Shown here: positions 8,787 to 17,459 of the stretch, one piece after another
Layout of the letters: each line of letters opens with the position of its first letter
How positions within the stretch are numbered: the first letter of the stretch is position 1
Source of the DNA: an uncultured Candidatus Saccharibacteria bacterium
Lineage (GTDB): Bacteria > Patescibacteriota > Minisyncoccia > Phycocordibacterales > UBA918
Length of the DNA stretch: 51,583 nucleotides
NCBI GenBank assembly: GCA_964521645.1
Contig: CAZFSB010000001.1
Location: forward strand, 17,712-69,294
Reading direction: 5' to 3'
Notes under the pieces: generated by a model
Seen by the model: only the letters and a program-made list of their open reading frames with translations
The model's database searches: none
What the model was told of the DNA's origin: nothing
Position numbers and translations under genes: made by a program

Positions 8787-8820
8787 ACAAAACAGGCGGG
8801 CCCCTTCGGGGCCCGCCTGT
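8787..8820 (-). terminator. rho-independent terminator of the acidic-protein gene
   Basis: On the minus strand: ACAGGCGGGCCCC-GAAG-GGGCCCGCCTGT followed by TTTTG. Confidence 0.8.
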
Positions 8821-8840
8821 TTCTTCTCCAACGCAACTAC

Positions 8841-9668
8841 TTAGTTACCCTGCTGGAGTGCCATCTGCTGCGTGAGCAACTGGATGAGCACGAGAAGGAG
8901 TTCTCGAAGCTGATTCTGGAGTTCAGTTTGGTCGGTGCTTTTACCGTAATCTCGATACTTTTCCATATTTTTATCCTGGAAACGCTCGACCTTTTGTGCC
9001 ATCTTGTCGTTAATTACGTAGTCTTCGTCATCAACACACTTCTTTGCAACACCCCAACCAGCCGCTTGGCTTGTCTGGTCACAAAATTCACTATCATCAC
9101 CGTCTTCGTCATCGTCGTAATCCTCGAAAATACTTTCAGCGAGGTCCTTGGCCTCATCTGCCAATTCTTCGGCCTCTTCGTAATTCTCTGCATCAAATTC
9201 TTCCTCAGCATCAGCGAGGAGAGCCTTTGCCTCTGCCAAAGTCGTTGAAGCTGCTTCTAGGTCATCTTCATCTTCTTCGGCAGCTTCTGCATCCTCAATC
9301 CTTTCTGCTGCGTCTGCGATCTCTTCCTCGGCATCTTTGATAGCGTCAGAAGCGTCCTCCTCAGCATCCTCGTCTTCCTTGTTATCGATCTCTGCGAGGT
9401 CTTCAATCTGACTTGCAGTGAGGTCGATGTCGAAATCTTCCTCCAGATCAACAACGAGCCCATCGAGAGCTTCCTCAAGGTCAGCATCATTGTAGGTGTA
9501 ATCCTCGCTTTCATCACCATACTCCACCTCTACTTCTACTCGGTCTGCATATACCTCAATCTCGATCTCAAGATCGTCGTATGAAGCGTACGCGGTAAAG
9601 GCCATCCCGAACGCTACCGCAAGGGAAGCAGCGAGGATGACTAGTTTATTGGTAACAGTTAATTGCAT
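8841..9668 (-). CDS. hypothetical secreted or anchored, extremely acidic protein
   Basis: N-terminal hydrophobic signal or anchor (KLVILAASLAVAFGMAFTAYA), then a long Asp/Glu-dominated region, then a C-terminal module containing 2 Cys. Confidence 0.65.
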   Translation of the reverse strand: MQLTVTNKLVILAASLAVAFGMAFTAYASYDDLEIEIEVYADRVEVEVEYGDESEDYTYNDADLEEALDGLVVDLEEDFDIDLTASQIEDLAEIDNKEDEDAEEDASDAIKDAEEEIADAAERIEDAEAAEEDEDDLEAASTTLAEAKALLADAEEEFDAENYEEAEELADEAKDLAESIFEDYDDDEDGDDSEFCDQTSQAAGWGVAKKCVDDEDYVINDKMAQKVERFQDKNMEKYRDYGKSTDQTELQNQLRELLLVLIQLLTQQMALQQGN

Positions 9669-9971
9669 ATAAATGAATACTATTTATGTTTCTACTAATG
9701 ATTCGTTCTGCGCCGCAGACGTGGCTCCAGTATACGCCTATTCACCGGACATAAAAAGACCCGAAGGCCTCCGAAAAATGAAAGGGTGACCGACGGGTCT
9801 GGTGTATAGGGTGTGCAAGCAACGCTTGCGGTGAAGAACAAAATGAACTGGAAGTTCTTTCCTTAGTATATACCCTGACTTCTTCCCGACAAGCCAGTTA
9901 TACACACCCAGCCGACCTTATTTCAAAGGCGATTGGCCAAGCCGCGCCAGCTGGCATACAATAGGAAGTAT

Positions 9972-10868
9972 ATGCAAGCAAAAAATATCGTCATTGGTGC
10001 CTTGGCCTTAGTGCTTATCGGTGCCATCGCCTATTTATTAGTTACTAGTAGTAAGGACACCGTTGTGATCGTTGAAGACAATACCTCCGAAACTCCGGTT
10101 GAAGTCTTACCAGTTGAACCAGATGGGAGCATCGGGGACGGAAGCACTGAAGAGGAAGGGGAGCCAAGTACCGAGCGCACTAGCGAAAGTCTACTCGGTT
10201 CATCAGTGGAGGGCCGGGAAATAGTCGCCTACCACTTTGGCAGTGGCGAGAAGGAAGTTTTGCTCATTGGCGGGGTACACGGGGGGTATTCACCCAACAC
10301 CCTGGCCCTCGGTGAAGAATTCGTCACGTTCTTTCGTGAAAATGAAGCTGTCATCCCAGACAACGTGACCGTGACCGTGATACCGTCCCTCAACCCAGAC
10401 GGAGCGCTCAAGAGCGGTACCGCTGGTCGCTTCAACGCCAACAACGTCGACCTCAACCGAAACTTCGATTGTGAGTGGTCGGCCACTGCTGTGTGGCGAA
10501 GTGAGCAGGTAAGCGGAGGAACCGCGGCCTTTTCTGAACCAGAAGCAGCGGCACTCCGTGATTACATCGAAAAGTACGACCCAGCGGCTGCCCTGGTATG
10601 GTTTAGCGCGGAAGGTAAGGTCTACCCATCAGCTTGTGGCGGCACACCAAGCAAGGCTTCGGTCGAGCTCGCAGCCACCTTTGCTTCTGCCGCTGGCTAC
10701 CCAGCCGCAGCTGAATTTGACGCCTACGCTATCACTGGTGACATGGTGAACTGGATGGCTAAGCAGGGTATCCCTGCCATTAGCGTCCTCCTTACCGACC
10801 ACAAGAGCACCGAGTGGAGCAAGAACGAAGCTGGTATCAAAGCTGTCCTTGCTAAGTACGCTGAGTAA
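9972..10868 (+). CDS. M14 (zinc carboxypeptidase)-like protein, predicted catalytically inactive paralog
   Basis: ORF 9933 (TTG) trimmed to ATG 9972, with AGGAAG 5 nt upstream. N-terminal TM. Retains NANNVDLNRNF, but has HGGYSP, WFSA and SVLLT at the positions where the downstream paralog has HGGYEW, WHSQ and TVELE. Confidence 0.75.
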   Translation: MQAKNIVIGALALVLIGAIAYLLVTSSKDTVVIVEDNTSETPVEVLPVEPDGSIGDGSTEEEGEPSTERTSESLLGSSVEGREIVAYHFGSGEKEVLLIGGVHGGYSPNTLALGEEFVTFFRENEAVIPDNVTVTVIPSLNPDGALKSGTAGRFNANNVDLNRNFDCEWSATAVWRSEQVSGGTAAFSEPEAAALRDYIEKYDPAAALVWFSAEGKVYPSACGGTPSKASVELAATFASAAGYPAAAEFDAYAITGDMVNWMAKQGIPAISVLLTDHKSTEWSKNEAGIKAVLAKYAE

Positions 10869-11767
10869 TGAAACGTTCTTCGCTGATCGTCTTTGGGGTT
10901 ATCGCGCTTTTCCTCGGTGTGGGACTGGCTTTCTTGGTCTTTGACGAACCTACCGAGCCGGCAGTCGCTCCGCTCGAGCCACCAGTAGCCGAGACCATCA
11001 GCGCCACCGCCGCACCGACCTCTACCCAGGCTGTCATCGGCAGTTCTGTCGAAGAGCGGGCGATCGAAGCCTACACCTTTGGCACGGGCGAGACCGATCT
11101 ACTGTTCGTCGGTGGTATCCATGGCGGGTATGAATGGAACAGCATTCTCCTTGCCTACGAAATGGTAGAGCACTTCACGACCGACCCAAGCATCATTCCT
11201 GCGAACGTCACCGTACACATCATTCCCAATCTCAACCCCGACGGCCTTTTTGCCGCCACGGGAATAGAAGGGAAGTTTGCCGCGACCGACATAAAGAGTA
11301 ACGCGATGCACACGAGTGGCACCGGCCGCATGAACGCTAACGGCGTTGACCTCAACCGCAACTTCGCCTGCAAGTGGGCACCGAAAAGTACCTGGCGCAG
11401 CAAGGAAGTGAGTGCCGGTAACGCCGCCTTCTCCGAACCAGAAGCGGAAGCACTGCGCAGCTACGTAGTGACTCACACCCCTGCAGCGGCCATCTTCTGG
11501 CACAGCCAAGCCAACAACGTGTACGCTTCAGAGTGCGAAAACGGCGTACTGCCGGCGACGCTAACCCTCATGAACACCTACGCGCTCGCGGGCAGCTACG
11601 GCGCGGTACCGGCATTCACCGCGTACCCAATAACCGGCGACGCGGAAGGCTGGCTGGCCTCGATCGGTATTCCGGCCGTGACGGTCGAACTCGAGAGCCG
11701 TACCAGCATTGAGTGGGACCGCAACCTGGCTGGAGTGGAGGCGGTGCTGGAGTTGTATAAGAAATAG
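10868..11767 (+). CDS. M14 family metallocarboxypeptidase (murein-peptide or gamma-D-Glu-type amidase-like)
   Basis: TAATG overlap with the upstream paralog. N-terminal TM. Motifs GGIHGGYEW (His/Glu Zn ligands), NANGVDLNRNF, FWHSQ (third ligand) and VTVELES (catalytic Glu). Confidence 0.8.
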   Translation: MKRSSLIVFGVIALFLGVGLAFLVFDEPTEPAVAPLEPPVAETISATAAPTSTQAVIGSSVEERAIEAYTFGTGETDLLFVGGIHGGYEWNSILLAYEMVEHFTTDPSIIPANVTVHIIPNLNPDGLFAATGIEGKFAATDIKSNAMHTSGTGRMNANGVDLNRNFACKWAPKSTWRSKEVSAGNAAFSEPEAEALRSYVVTHTPAAAIFWHSQANNVYASECENGVLPATLTLMNTYALAGSYGAVPAFTAYPITGDAEGWLASIGIPAVTVELESRTSIEWDRNLAGVEAVLELYKK

Positions 11768-11786
11768 TTGAACGCGCAGAGAAGAC

Positions 11787-11821
11787 AAACCGGTCGGGCG
11801 CTTCGCGCCCGACCGGTTTTT
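11787..11821 (+). terminator. rho-independent terminator
   Basis: AAACCGGTCGGGCG-CTTC-GCGCCCGACCGGTTTTT. Confidence 0.85.
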
Positions 11822-11864
11822 GATTGAGAGTGCTACAATATTATCATTATCTAATCTTATTCAT

Positions 11865-12881
11865 ATGCAATCACTACTACAAAATAAATTCGTGCGCCTT
11901 GGTCTCTTTGGGATCGCTGCGTTGTTCGGGCTTTTTGTCCTCCTACTTATTATCACAAACTTACTGACCACCAGCACCGGCCTGAGCAGTACAGATATTG
12001 GTTACGCTCCGGCAGGGATACCTTCTTTCTCCAACTCACTCGGTCGGGATGCCATGATGGATGAGTCGATGGTGATGGAAGCCGAGTCATCATACTACTA
12101 CCCGCCAGTACCGACCCCTGACGGATACACGAGCGGCCTTGAGTCCTATGAGACCACGAGCTACAACGTGACCGCCCGCACCAAAGACTTCGACGCCCTC
12201 TGCGGAGCGGTGGCTGGACTCAAGGCCGATCCACAAATTCATTTCCGAACTATCACCTCAAATCTTAACAACTGCTACGCGACCTTCTTTGTCGCGGAAG
12301 AAAAAGTGGAGAGTGTACTTGCGACCCTTACCGGGTACCGTGGAGTAGAAGTGAATCGCAACACCGAATCGGTCACGAGACACAAGCAGCAGCTAGAGAG
12401 TCAGACCGCTATTTTGCAGCAGCAGCTCGCGCGCGTAGACTCTTCACTGACGGCTGCGCAAGCCCAGCTCGATCGTCTTAACCAGGTATTCAATTCTAGT
12501 GATGAAGTGACCAGGCTCTCATCGGAGGTAACCAAGAGCCTCCAGTATATCGACCAGCTGACAGAGCGGAAGATCCGCCTCATCAGCCAACTCGACGATA
12601 TCTATCAGCAGTCGGCCGACCTCGCCGAGCGTATGGCAGTCGTGCAGTTTGATGTGCGTATCGCCCGGGCCACCCCGATCGTTATCGACAAGTATGAACG
12701 ACAGTGGGATCAGGCCTGGGAAGAATTGAAAGACACCTTTACCGAAACTCTCATCGGCCTCACTGCCTTCTTTGGTATCTTCCTCTTGTGGGTCATCCGG
12801 ATTGGTTTGTACCTCTTAGTGCTCATCGTGCTCGGACGAGGGCTCTGGAAGTTTGGGGAAGTGGTTTGGAAGAAGTGGTGA
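11865..12881 (+). CDS. hypothetical membrane protein with N- and C-terminal TM segments and a central coiled coil (DUF4349-like architecture)
   Basis: ORF 11820 (TTG) trimmed to ATG 11865. Has an N-terminal TM, a coiled region (HKQQLESQTAILQQQLARVDSSL...) and two C-terminal TMs. The family call is tentative. Confidence 0.65.
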   Translation: MQSLLQNKFVRLGLFGIAALFGLFVLLLIITNLLTTSTGLSSTDIGYAPAGIPSFSNSLGRDAMMDESMVMEAESSYYYPPVPTPDGYTSGLESYETTSYNVTARTKDFDALCGAVAGLKADPQIHFRTITSNLNNCYATFFVAEEKVESVLATLTGYRGVEVNRNTESVTRHKQQLESQTAILQQQLARVDSSLTAAQAQLDRLNQVFNSSDEVTRLSSEVTKSLQYIDQLTERKIRLISQLDDIYQQSADLAERMAVVQFDVRIARATPIVIDKYERQWDQAWEELKDTFTETLIGLTAFFGIFLLWVIRIGLYLLVLIVLGRGLWKFGEVVWKKW

Positions 12882-12892
12882 GGTTGATTTAG

Positions 12893-12927
12893 AAAAAGGC
12901 CGGCCCCCTTCGGGGGCCGGCCGTTTT
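12893..12927. terminator. bidirectional terminator
   Basis: AAAAAGGCCGGCCCC-CTTC-GGGGGCCGGCCGTTTT between convergent genes. Confidence 0.85.
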
Positions 12928-12935
12928 CTATCTCC

Positions 12936-14060
12936 CTACTTCTGCGCGGTCATGCGATACTTCGAATAGTCTCGCGCCACCACGGCATCATCAACATCAG
13001 AAATTTCTGTTACGGTACGCTTCACCTGTCCGCAGGGAATCGCGATGATGACCGTCGTCCCTTTTCCTTCTTTACTCTTGATACTGATCTTGCCACCATG
13101 CAACTTCACCAACTCGCTGACGATCGTGAGCCCAAGCCCACTGCCACCCTGCCACTTGGTGCGAGAGGAATCCGCACGGTAGAACGGCTCCAAAATATGA
13201 GCGAGCACTTTTTCTTCCATACCAATACCGGTGTCGGACACACTAAGCTCAATGTGTCCTCGGTAATCCGGTAGCACCTGTATCTCCACGCTGCCGCCTG
13301 ATTCGGTAAAGAGGAGAGCGTTCTTGGTTATGTTAAAGACCACTTGCTCAAGCGCACTGGCATTTCCCCATACCGTCACAAATTCACCTTTTATCACCGA
13401 CAGCTGCACCTCTTTTTCCCGCGCAAAAGCAGCCAACTTTTCAGCCACTCCTTCCGCCACCACCCCTAGGTCACAGTTTCCGAATTCGATCTGCTCAGGG
13501 TTCTGCAGCGTATTGAAACTGAGCAAGTTGTTAATGATGTCAGAGGTACGATCGAGTTCATCGACATTACCGAGCAGTGATTCGCGCACTGACCTGTTGA
13601 GGTATTTATCCAAAAGTGCCACTTCAATATTGGTCTTCATCACCGAGAGTGGGGTGCGCAGTTCGTGCGCGATATTTGCAATGAACTGCTTCTGCGAAGC
13701 GAGCGCATCACGCGAAGGCTTGAGTGCCAGATAAACAATGAGATACCCCAAAAGACCAACCGCTCCTACAAAAGCAAGCCCCACAAGGAAAAGGTCGGCC
13801 ATCGGCACCGTCTCCCACAGCTTGGTGAACGCCAACACGAAGGGAAGGGAAGCCTTTCCAAAACCATGTTGCAACACTAAGACCAAACCGCTCGCGATCC
13901 CCAAAAGCAGCAGCAGCTCCAAGCCGATCACGCGGACCTTGGTCTTGAAATAAATATCGTACCGATACTTATACGCAAATTCGGTAGCCAACCCCGCGCA
14001 CCGTTTGGAGAACACTTTCCACTTTTGCTGCAGATAATTTTTTACGGATATTTTTAACAT
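12936..14060 (-). CDS. sensor histidine kinase (HisKA + HATPase_c), two TM segments
   Basis: H-box HELRTPL, N-box ITKNALLFT, G1 DTGIGM, G2 GGSGLGL. The start is uncertain. ATG 14060 overlaps the regulator gene by 92 nt. In-frame alternatives are GTG 14015, TTG 13994 and GTG 13934; the last gives no overlap and has AAGG 7 nt upstream. Confidence 0.85.
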   Translation of the reverse strand: MLKISVKNYLQQKWKVFSKRCAGLATEFAYKYRYDIYFKTKVRVIGLELLLLLGIASGLVLVLQHGFGKASLPFVLAFTKLWETVPMADLFLVGLAFVGAVGLLGYLIVYLALKPSRDALASQKQFIANIAHELRTPLSVMKTNIEVALLDKYLNRSVRESLLGNVDELDRTSDIINNLLSFNTLQNPEQIEFGNCDLGVVAEGVAEKLAAFAREKEVQLSVIKGEFVTVWGNASALEQVVFNITKNALLFTESGGSVEIQVLPDYRGHIELSVSDTGIGMEEKVLAHILEPFYRADSSRTKWQGGSGLGLTIVSELVKLHGGKISIKSKEGKGTTVIIAIPCGQVKRTVTEISDVDDAVVARDYSKYRMTAQK

Positions 14061-14643
14061 GGACATCAAGGACATTACTAAATGGATCAAAATCATGGTC
14101 CCACAATTTTGCCAACAATACCTCTCGGTCGACCACCTCACCGGCATGGCGGACCAGACACTCGAGAATGGCGTACTCTTTTCGCGTCAGCTCGAGGGTG
14201 GCATCGCCGGCCGTCACAGCTCGCGTAGCCGTATCGACGACAATGCTTCCAGTTTGGAGCACCTCCCTAGAAACTTCCTTCGGGCGACGGAGTATGGCAC
14301 GCAGTCGCGCCACGAGCTCCGCGAAGGCAAAGGGCTTCACGAGGTAGTCATCAGCGCCGATCGTGAGCAAGTTCACTTTGTTCTCAACGGTCTGCTTTGC
14401 GGTCAGTACCAGTATCGGTACCGTGATCCCGCGTTCGCGGAGCGTGAGGCAAACTTCAGCACCGTCCAGCCTGGGGAGCATGAGATCGAGTATCACAATG
14501 TCATACTCATCGTGACGCGCAAAGATCCTCTCGAGCGCACTGTGCCCATCGTGCACCATATCGGCAGTGTATCCCGAAAGGGTAAGGCCACGGGCAAGCG
14601 CTGTAGCTAACTTCACCTCATCTTCAACGATCAGTACTTTCAT
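13969..14643 (-). CDS. OmpR-family two-component response regulator
   Basis: Receiver domain (MKVLIVEDE..., DLMLPRLDG, LTAK) plus a winged-helix C-terminus (LTRKEYAILE..., VRGVGYRI). Confidence 0.92.
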   Translation of the reverse strand: MKVLIVEDEVKLATALARGLTLSGYTADMVHDGHSALERIFARHDEYDIVILDLMLPRLDGAEVCLTLRERGITVPILVLTAKQTVENKVNLLTIGADDYLVKPFAFAELVARLRAILRRPKEVSREVLQTGSIVVDTATRAVTAGDATLELTRKEYAILECLVRHAGEVVDREVLLAKLWDHDFDPFSNVLDVHVKNIRKKLSAAKVESVLQTVRGVGYRICV

Positions 14644-14752
14644 ATGCTGTCAGCGCTTTCGGTTCGGCAGTGGTCATAACCACACTATGGTATGTCTAAA
14701 CCACCAAAAATAACATTGACAAGCCTGGTCGGGCAGTGCGTACCCGTATACA

Positions 14753-14787
14753 AAGAAAAGCCAGACATACCCGAAGGTATCTCTGGC
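14753..14787 (-). terminator. rho-independent terminator of the 14821..15318 gene
   Basis: On the minus strand: GCCAGAGATAC-CTTCGG-GTATGTCTGGC followed by TTTTC. Confidence 0.7.
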
Positions 14788-14820
14788 CAATGAATGCACT
14801 ATTCCTCTGTCCTGGCGTGA

Positions 14821-15318
14821 TCATCCTTTTTCCACCGCCATGAAGAAGCTGCCGTGCGCGATGATCAGACCAAACGTACTGAGGTTAAGAAGCACCAAAC
14901 GGTCCTTACCGGTTCTGACGTCACTCGTCACCCGGTTGTTACGATCTGTCACAAAAGCAACCAGATAATTTTCGTCGCGCACCACTTTGAACGGGCCTTC
15001 GCCACAATGCCGCCGTGCGGGGTGCTTCTTCGGAACGAAGGCATCATTCCAGATGAGGACATCACCAGATACAAAATGGCAGGGGGGAAGGTTCTGGTCA
15101 GTCACTTCATGAAAGGCGACAGCGCTGGCGATATCATCAGCGGCCAGTTCGGAAACAGCATCTCTGATGAGGTCGATCAATTGTTCTTGCTCAGCATTGA
15201 CCTGATAGCCATGGTGCAGCTGATGTTTTGCTGCTTGGTACTCGCTCACTTCGCGTGAGCTTCCTGGTACAAAACTTTCATAGACCATTGCTGGCTGGTA
15301 AAACATTTCCTGTTCCAT
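14821..15318 (-). CDS. hypothetical protein (165 aa)
   Basis: Long ORF with its own terminator. No family recognised. Confidence 0.55.
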   Translation of the reverse strand: MEQEMFYQPAMVYESFVPGSSREVSEYQAAKHQLHHGYQVNAEQEQLIDLIRDAVSELAADDIASAVAFHEVTDQNLPPCHFVSGDVLIWNDAFVPKKHPARRHCGEGPFKVVRDENYLVAFVTDRNNRVTSDVRTGKDRLVLLNLSTFGLIIAHGSFFMAVEKG

Positions 15319-15409
15319 GATCAGCTCCTTTTTAATGAACTTCTATAGTCGATCATAGTTTTTTGTCCATGAAGATTTCGTGAAGAAATTTTCAGTAATC
15401 CACAGTATG

Positions 15410-15503
15410 AAAAATGGGTGGCGCGCTCGCCCTAATTTTTAGGGAGGATTTATCTGACCATAAAAATAGAAGTGCCCTTGGGATGCGCGCGCCACCCATT
15501 TTT
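15410..15503 (-). terminator. long-range 17-bp stem with a 60-nt structured loop, flanked by A/T runs (atypical terminator)
   Basis: AAAAATGGGTGGCGCGC (15410-15426) pairs with GCGCGCCACCCATTTTT (15487-15503). The loop contains the hairpin CCCTAA-TTT-TTAGGG. Confidence 0.5.
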
Positions 15504-16478
15504 CTACACCACCTTCACAAATTCCCGATGCGGTGACCCCCGTTTCCACATCACACTTTCGAGATAGTAATGAATGAAACCAAACGTCATTATGAGAGCA
15601 AAAAGCAACTCGGTATTTGAAATAGATTCACGTAAGAATACTCCCAAGAATATTGCGATGAGCGGTACGACAAGAATAAGTGAGAGCGGCAGTAACGGGA
15701 TCGCCTGGTACAAAAAATTTCTCACCAGGTCTTTATTACGATTCATCTCGTGAGTGATGTAGAACAAGAAGGCGGTCACGTCGTGAATGAACCGAGCAAC
15801 AAAGATAGCAAGGAAGAAATAGCCGAACCAAAGCACGGTGTAACTAGTGATCACCATGAGTAACGTCAGCGCAATATACGAAATTCCCCAACGCGAGCTG
15901 GTCGTGCGGGCGAGAAACCCACCACTGATCAAAGCAGCGATCAACGTCGCCACAATGAAAAAGACCAAATACGAAGTATTGATATCTTCTACAAATCTTG
16001 GGAGCATGATCGCGACATACATGACGGCAGTGCTGAGTACCAGACTCCAGGCCCATCGCTCGTGCCACTTGTTTTTTGGTACGCCAAACATGAGCGCTAT
16101 CCCTGTCTGTTGGCGCATGACGTGATACATGGTAACTGCCAAGTACACTGCGACAGCAGTTGTGATGTCGAACCAGAGTAAGCTAAAAAAACCGGTCAGC
16201 ATGAGCGGGATACCAACCATGAGATGGGTTCGATAATGAGCGACGTACTCCTTATCCATGAATCCAACGAAGCTCGCAAAGATATGCGGCATTTCAAAAA
16301 TGAGCAAATACAGCGGGAGAAAAAGTGAGGCTGGACCAAGGGAGGGAAGAAGCCCACGATCATTGAACGTCATGTCCCAAGACCACACGAGAAGCACCAG
16401 TGGCACGATGAGAAAAAGACCAAGTATCCAGGAGCGATGGATAGAGTAAAACGTCTGCTCGACTTTGATGTTATTCAT
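15504..16478 (-). CDS. polytopic membrane protein with conserved His motifs, paralog A
   Basis: About 9 TM segments. Motifs PHIFASF, YHVMRQQTGI, RFIHDVTAF, YITHE, and the C-terminal HYYLESVMWKRGSPHREFVKVV shared with paralog B. Confidence 0.75.
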   Translation of the reverse strand: MNNIKVEQTFYSIHRSWILGLFLIVPLVLLVWSWDMTFNDRGLLPSLGPASLFLPLYLLIFEMPHIFASFVGFMDKEYVAHYRTHLMVGIPLMLTGFFSLLWFDITTAVAVYLAVTMYHVMRQQTGIALMFGVPKNKWHERWAWSLVLSTAVMYVAIMLPRFVEDINTSYLVFFIVATLIAALISGGFLARTTSSRWGISYIALTLLMVITSYTVLWFGYFFLAIFVARFIHDVTAFLFYITHEMNRNKDLVRNFLYQAIPLLPLSLILVVPLIAIFLGVFLRESISNTELLFALIMTFGFIHYYLESVMWKRGSPHREFVKVV

Positions 16479-16484
16479 GTCCTG

Positions 16485-17459
16485 TTACACTACCTTCACA
16501 AACTCCCGATGCGGTGACCCCCGCTTCCACATCACACTTTCAAGGTAGAAATGAGACATGCAGATAAGGATGACGATGCTGTACCCAACGGCCAATTGGT
16601 TGGCAGAGGTCGTAATGAGGTAGGCCAGCGAAATGCCGAGAACCGGGGTGAGTACGATCACGTGCTTCGGGATACGAGAGATCAGCTGGTACAGGTAGTT
16701 ACGGTGGCCGCTTTTGGCTCGGTTGTGGTCGTGCGTGATGTAGAAAGCGAAAGCGGTGATGTCGTGCACAAAACGAAACGCGAGTATCGTGAAGAAAATG
16801 TAGTCAGTGAGAATAAAGAAATAGTTCACGATAAACATCATCGATACAGCAAAGATGTACCAGCGGACTGAAGACGGGGAGGTCCACAGCTTCGCGGCCA
16901 TGGTGAGCAAAGTTAGGATCGCGCCAATGAATAGCACTGGTGATAAGTACGGGAGGAGGTCGTCGGGGAAAGCGTCCGGCCGCAACATGTACACGTACGC
17001 GATACTTCCCATGACAAATGGGGCGAGCGTCCACAGACGATGAATATGACCGGGCTTAGAACCGAGAATAAGTGAGATACCGACCTGCTGTCGCACGCCG
17101 TGCCACATATCATTGATCAGGAAGAATACCAAACCCCAGAGGTAGTCGTACCACAAGAGCAGCGCAGTACCAACAAGGAGCATCGGCAGGTACACGAAAA
17201 GATGTCGACGATAGTACCGCACGTATTCGGTGTCGACGAAACTGAAGAAGCTCGCGATGATGTGCGGTAAGTTGAACAGCAGCAAGAAGAGCGGGAAGAA
17301 GAGTGCGTCAATCCCGACGTACGGTTGAAGAAAATGATCAAAGAGAAACATGTCCGCGAGCACGATCCCTAAGAGAACCGGGATGATGAGATATACCGAC
17401 AACAGTAACTTTCTGGGAATGGTCATCATCGTTTCAGCAGCGGTTATTTTACTTTCCAT
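16485..17459 (-). CDS. polytopic membrane protein with conserved His motifs, paralog B
   Basis: ORF 16485..17555 trimmed to ATG 17459, which overlaps the Xer gene end by 11 nt; ATG 17429 is an alternative. Motifs PHIIASF, WHGVRQQVGI, RFVHDITAF, YITHD, HFYLESVMWKRGSPHREFVKVV. Confidence 0.75.
   Translation of the reverse strand: MESKITAAETMMTIPRKLLLSVYLIIPVLLGIVLADMFLFDHFLQPYVGIDALFFPLFLLLFNLPHIIASFFSFVDTEYVRYYRRHLFVYLPMLLVGTALLLWYDYLWGLVFFLINDMWHGVRQQVGISLILGSKPGHIHRLWTLAPFVMGSIAYVYMLRPDAFPDDLLPYLSPVLFIGAILTLLTMAAKLWTSPSSVRWYIFAVSMMFIVNYFFILTDYIFFTILAFRFVHDITAFAFYITHDHNRAKSGHRNYLYQLISRIPKHVIVLTPVLGISLAYLITTSANQLAVGYSIVILICMSHFYLESVMWKRGSPHREFVKVV

Noticed and set aside
13969-14060. An apparent 92-nt overlap between the response-regulator and histidine-kinase genes.
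   Set aside because: This is probably an artefact of choosing the first ATG. In-frame GTG 13934 (AAGG 7 nt upstream, start just before TM1) removes the overlap, and TTG 13994 or GTG 14015 shorten it.
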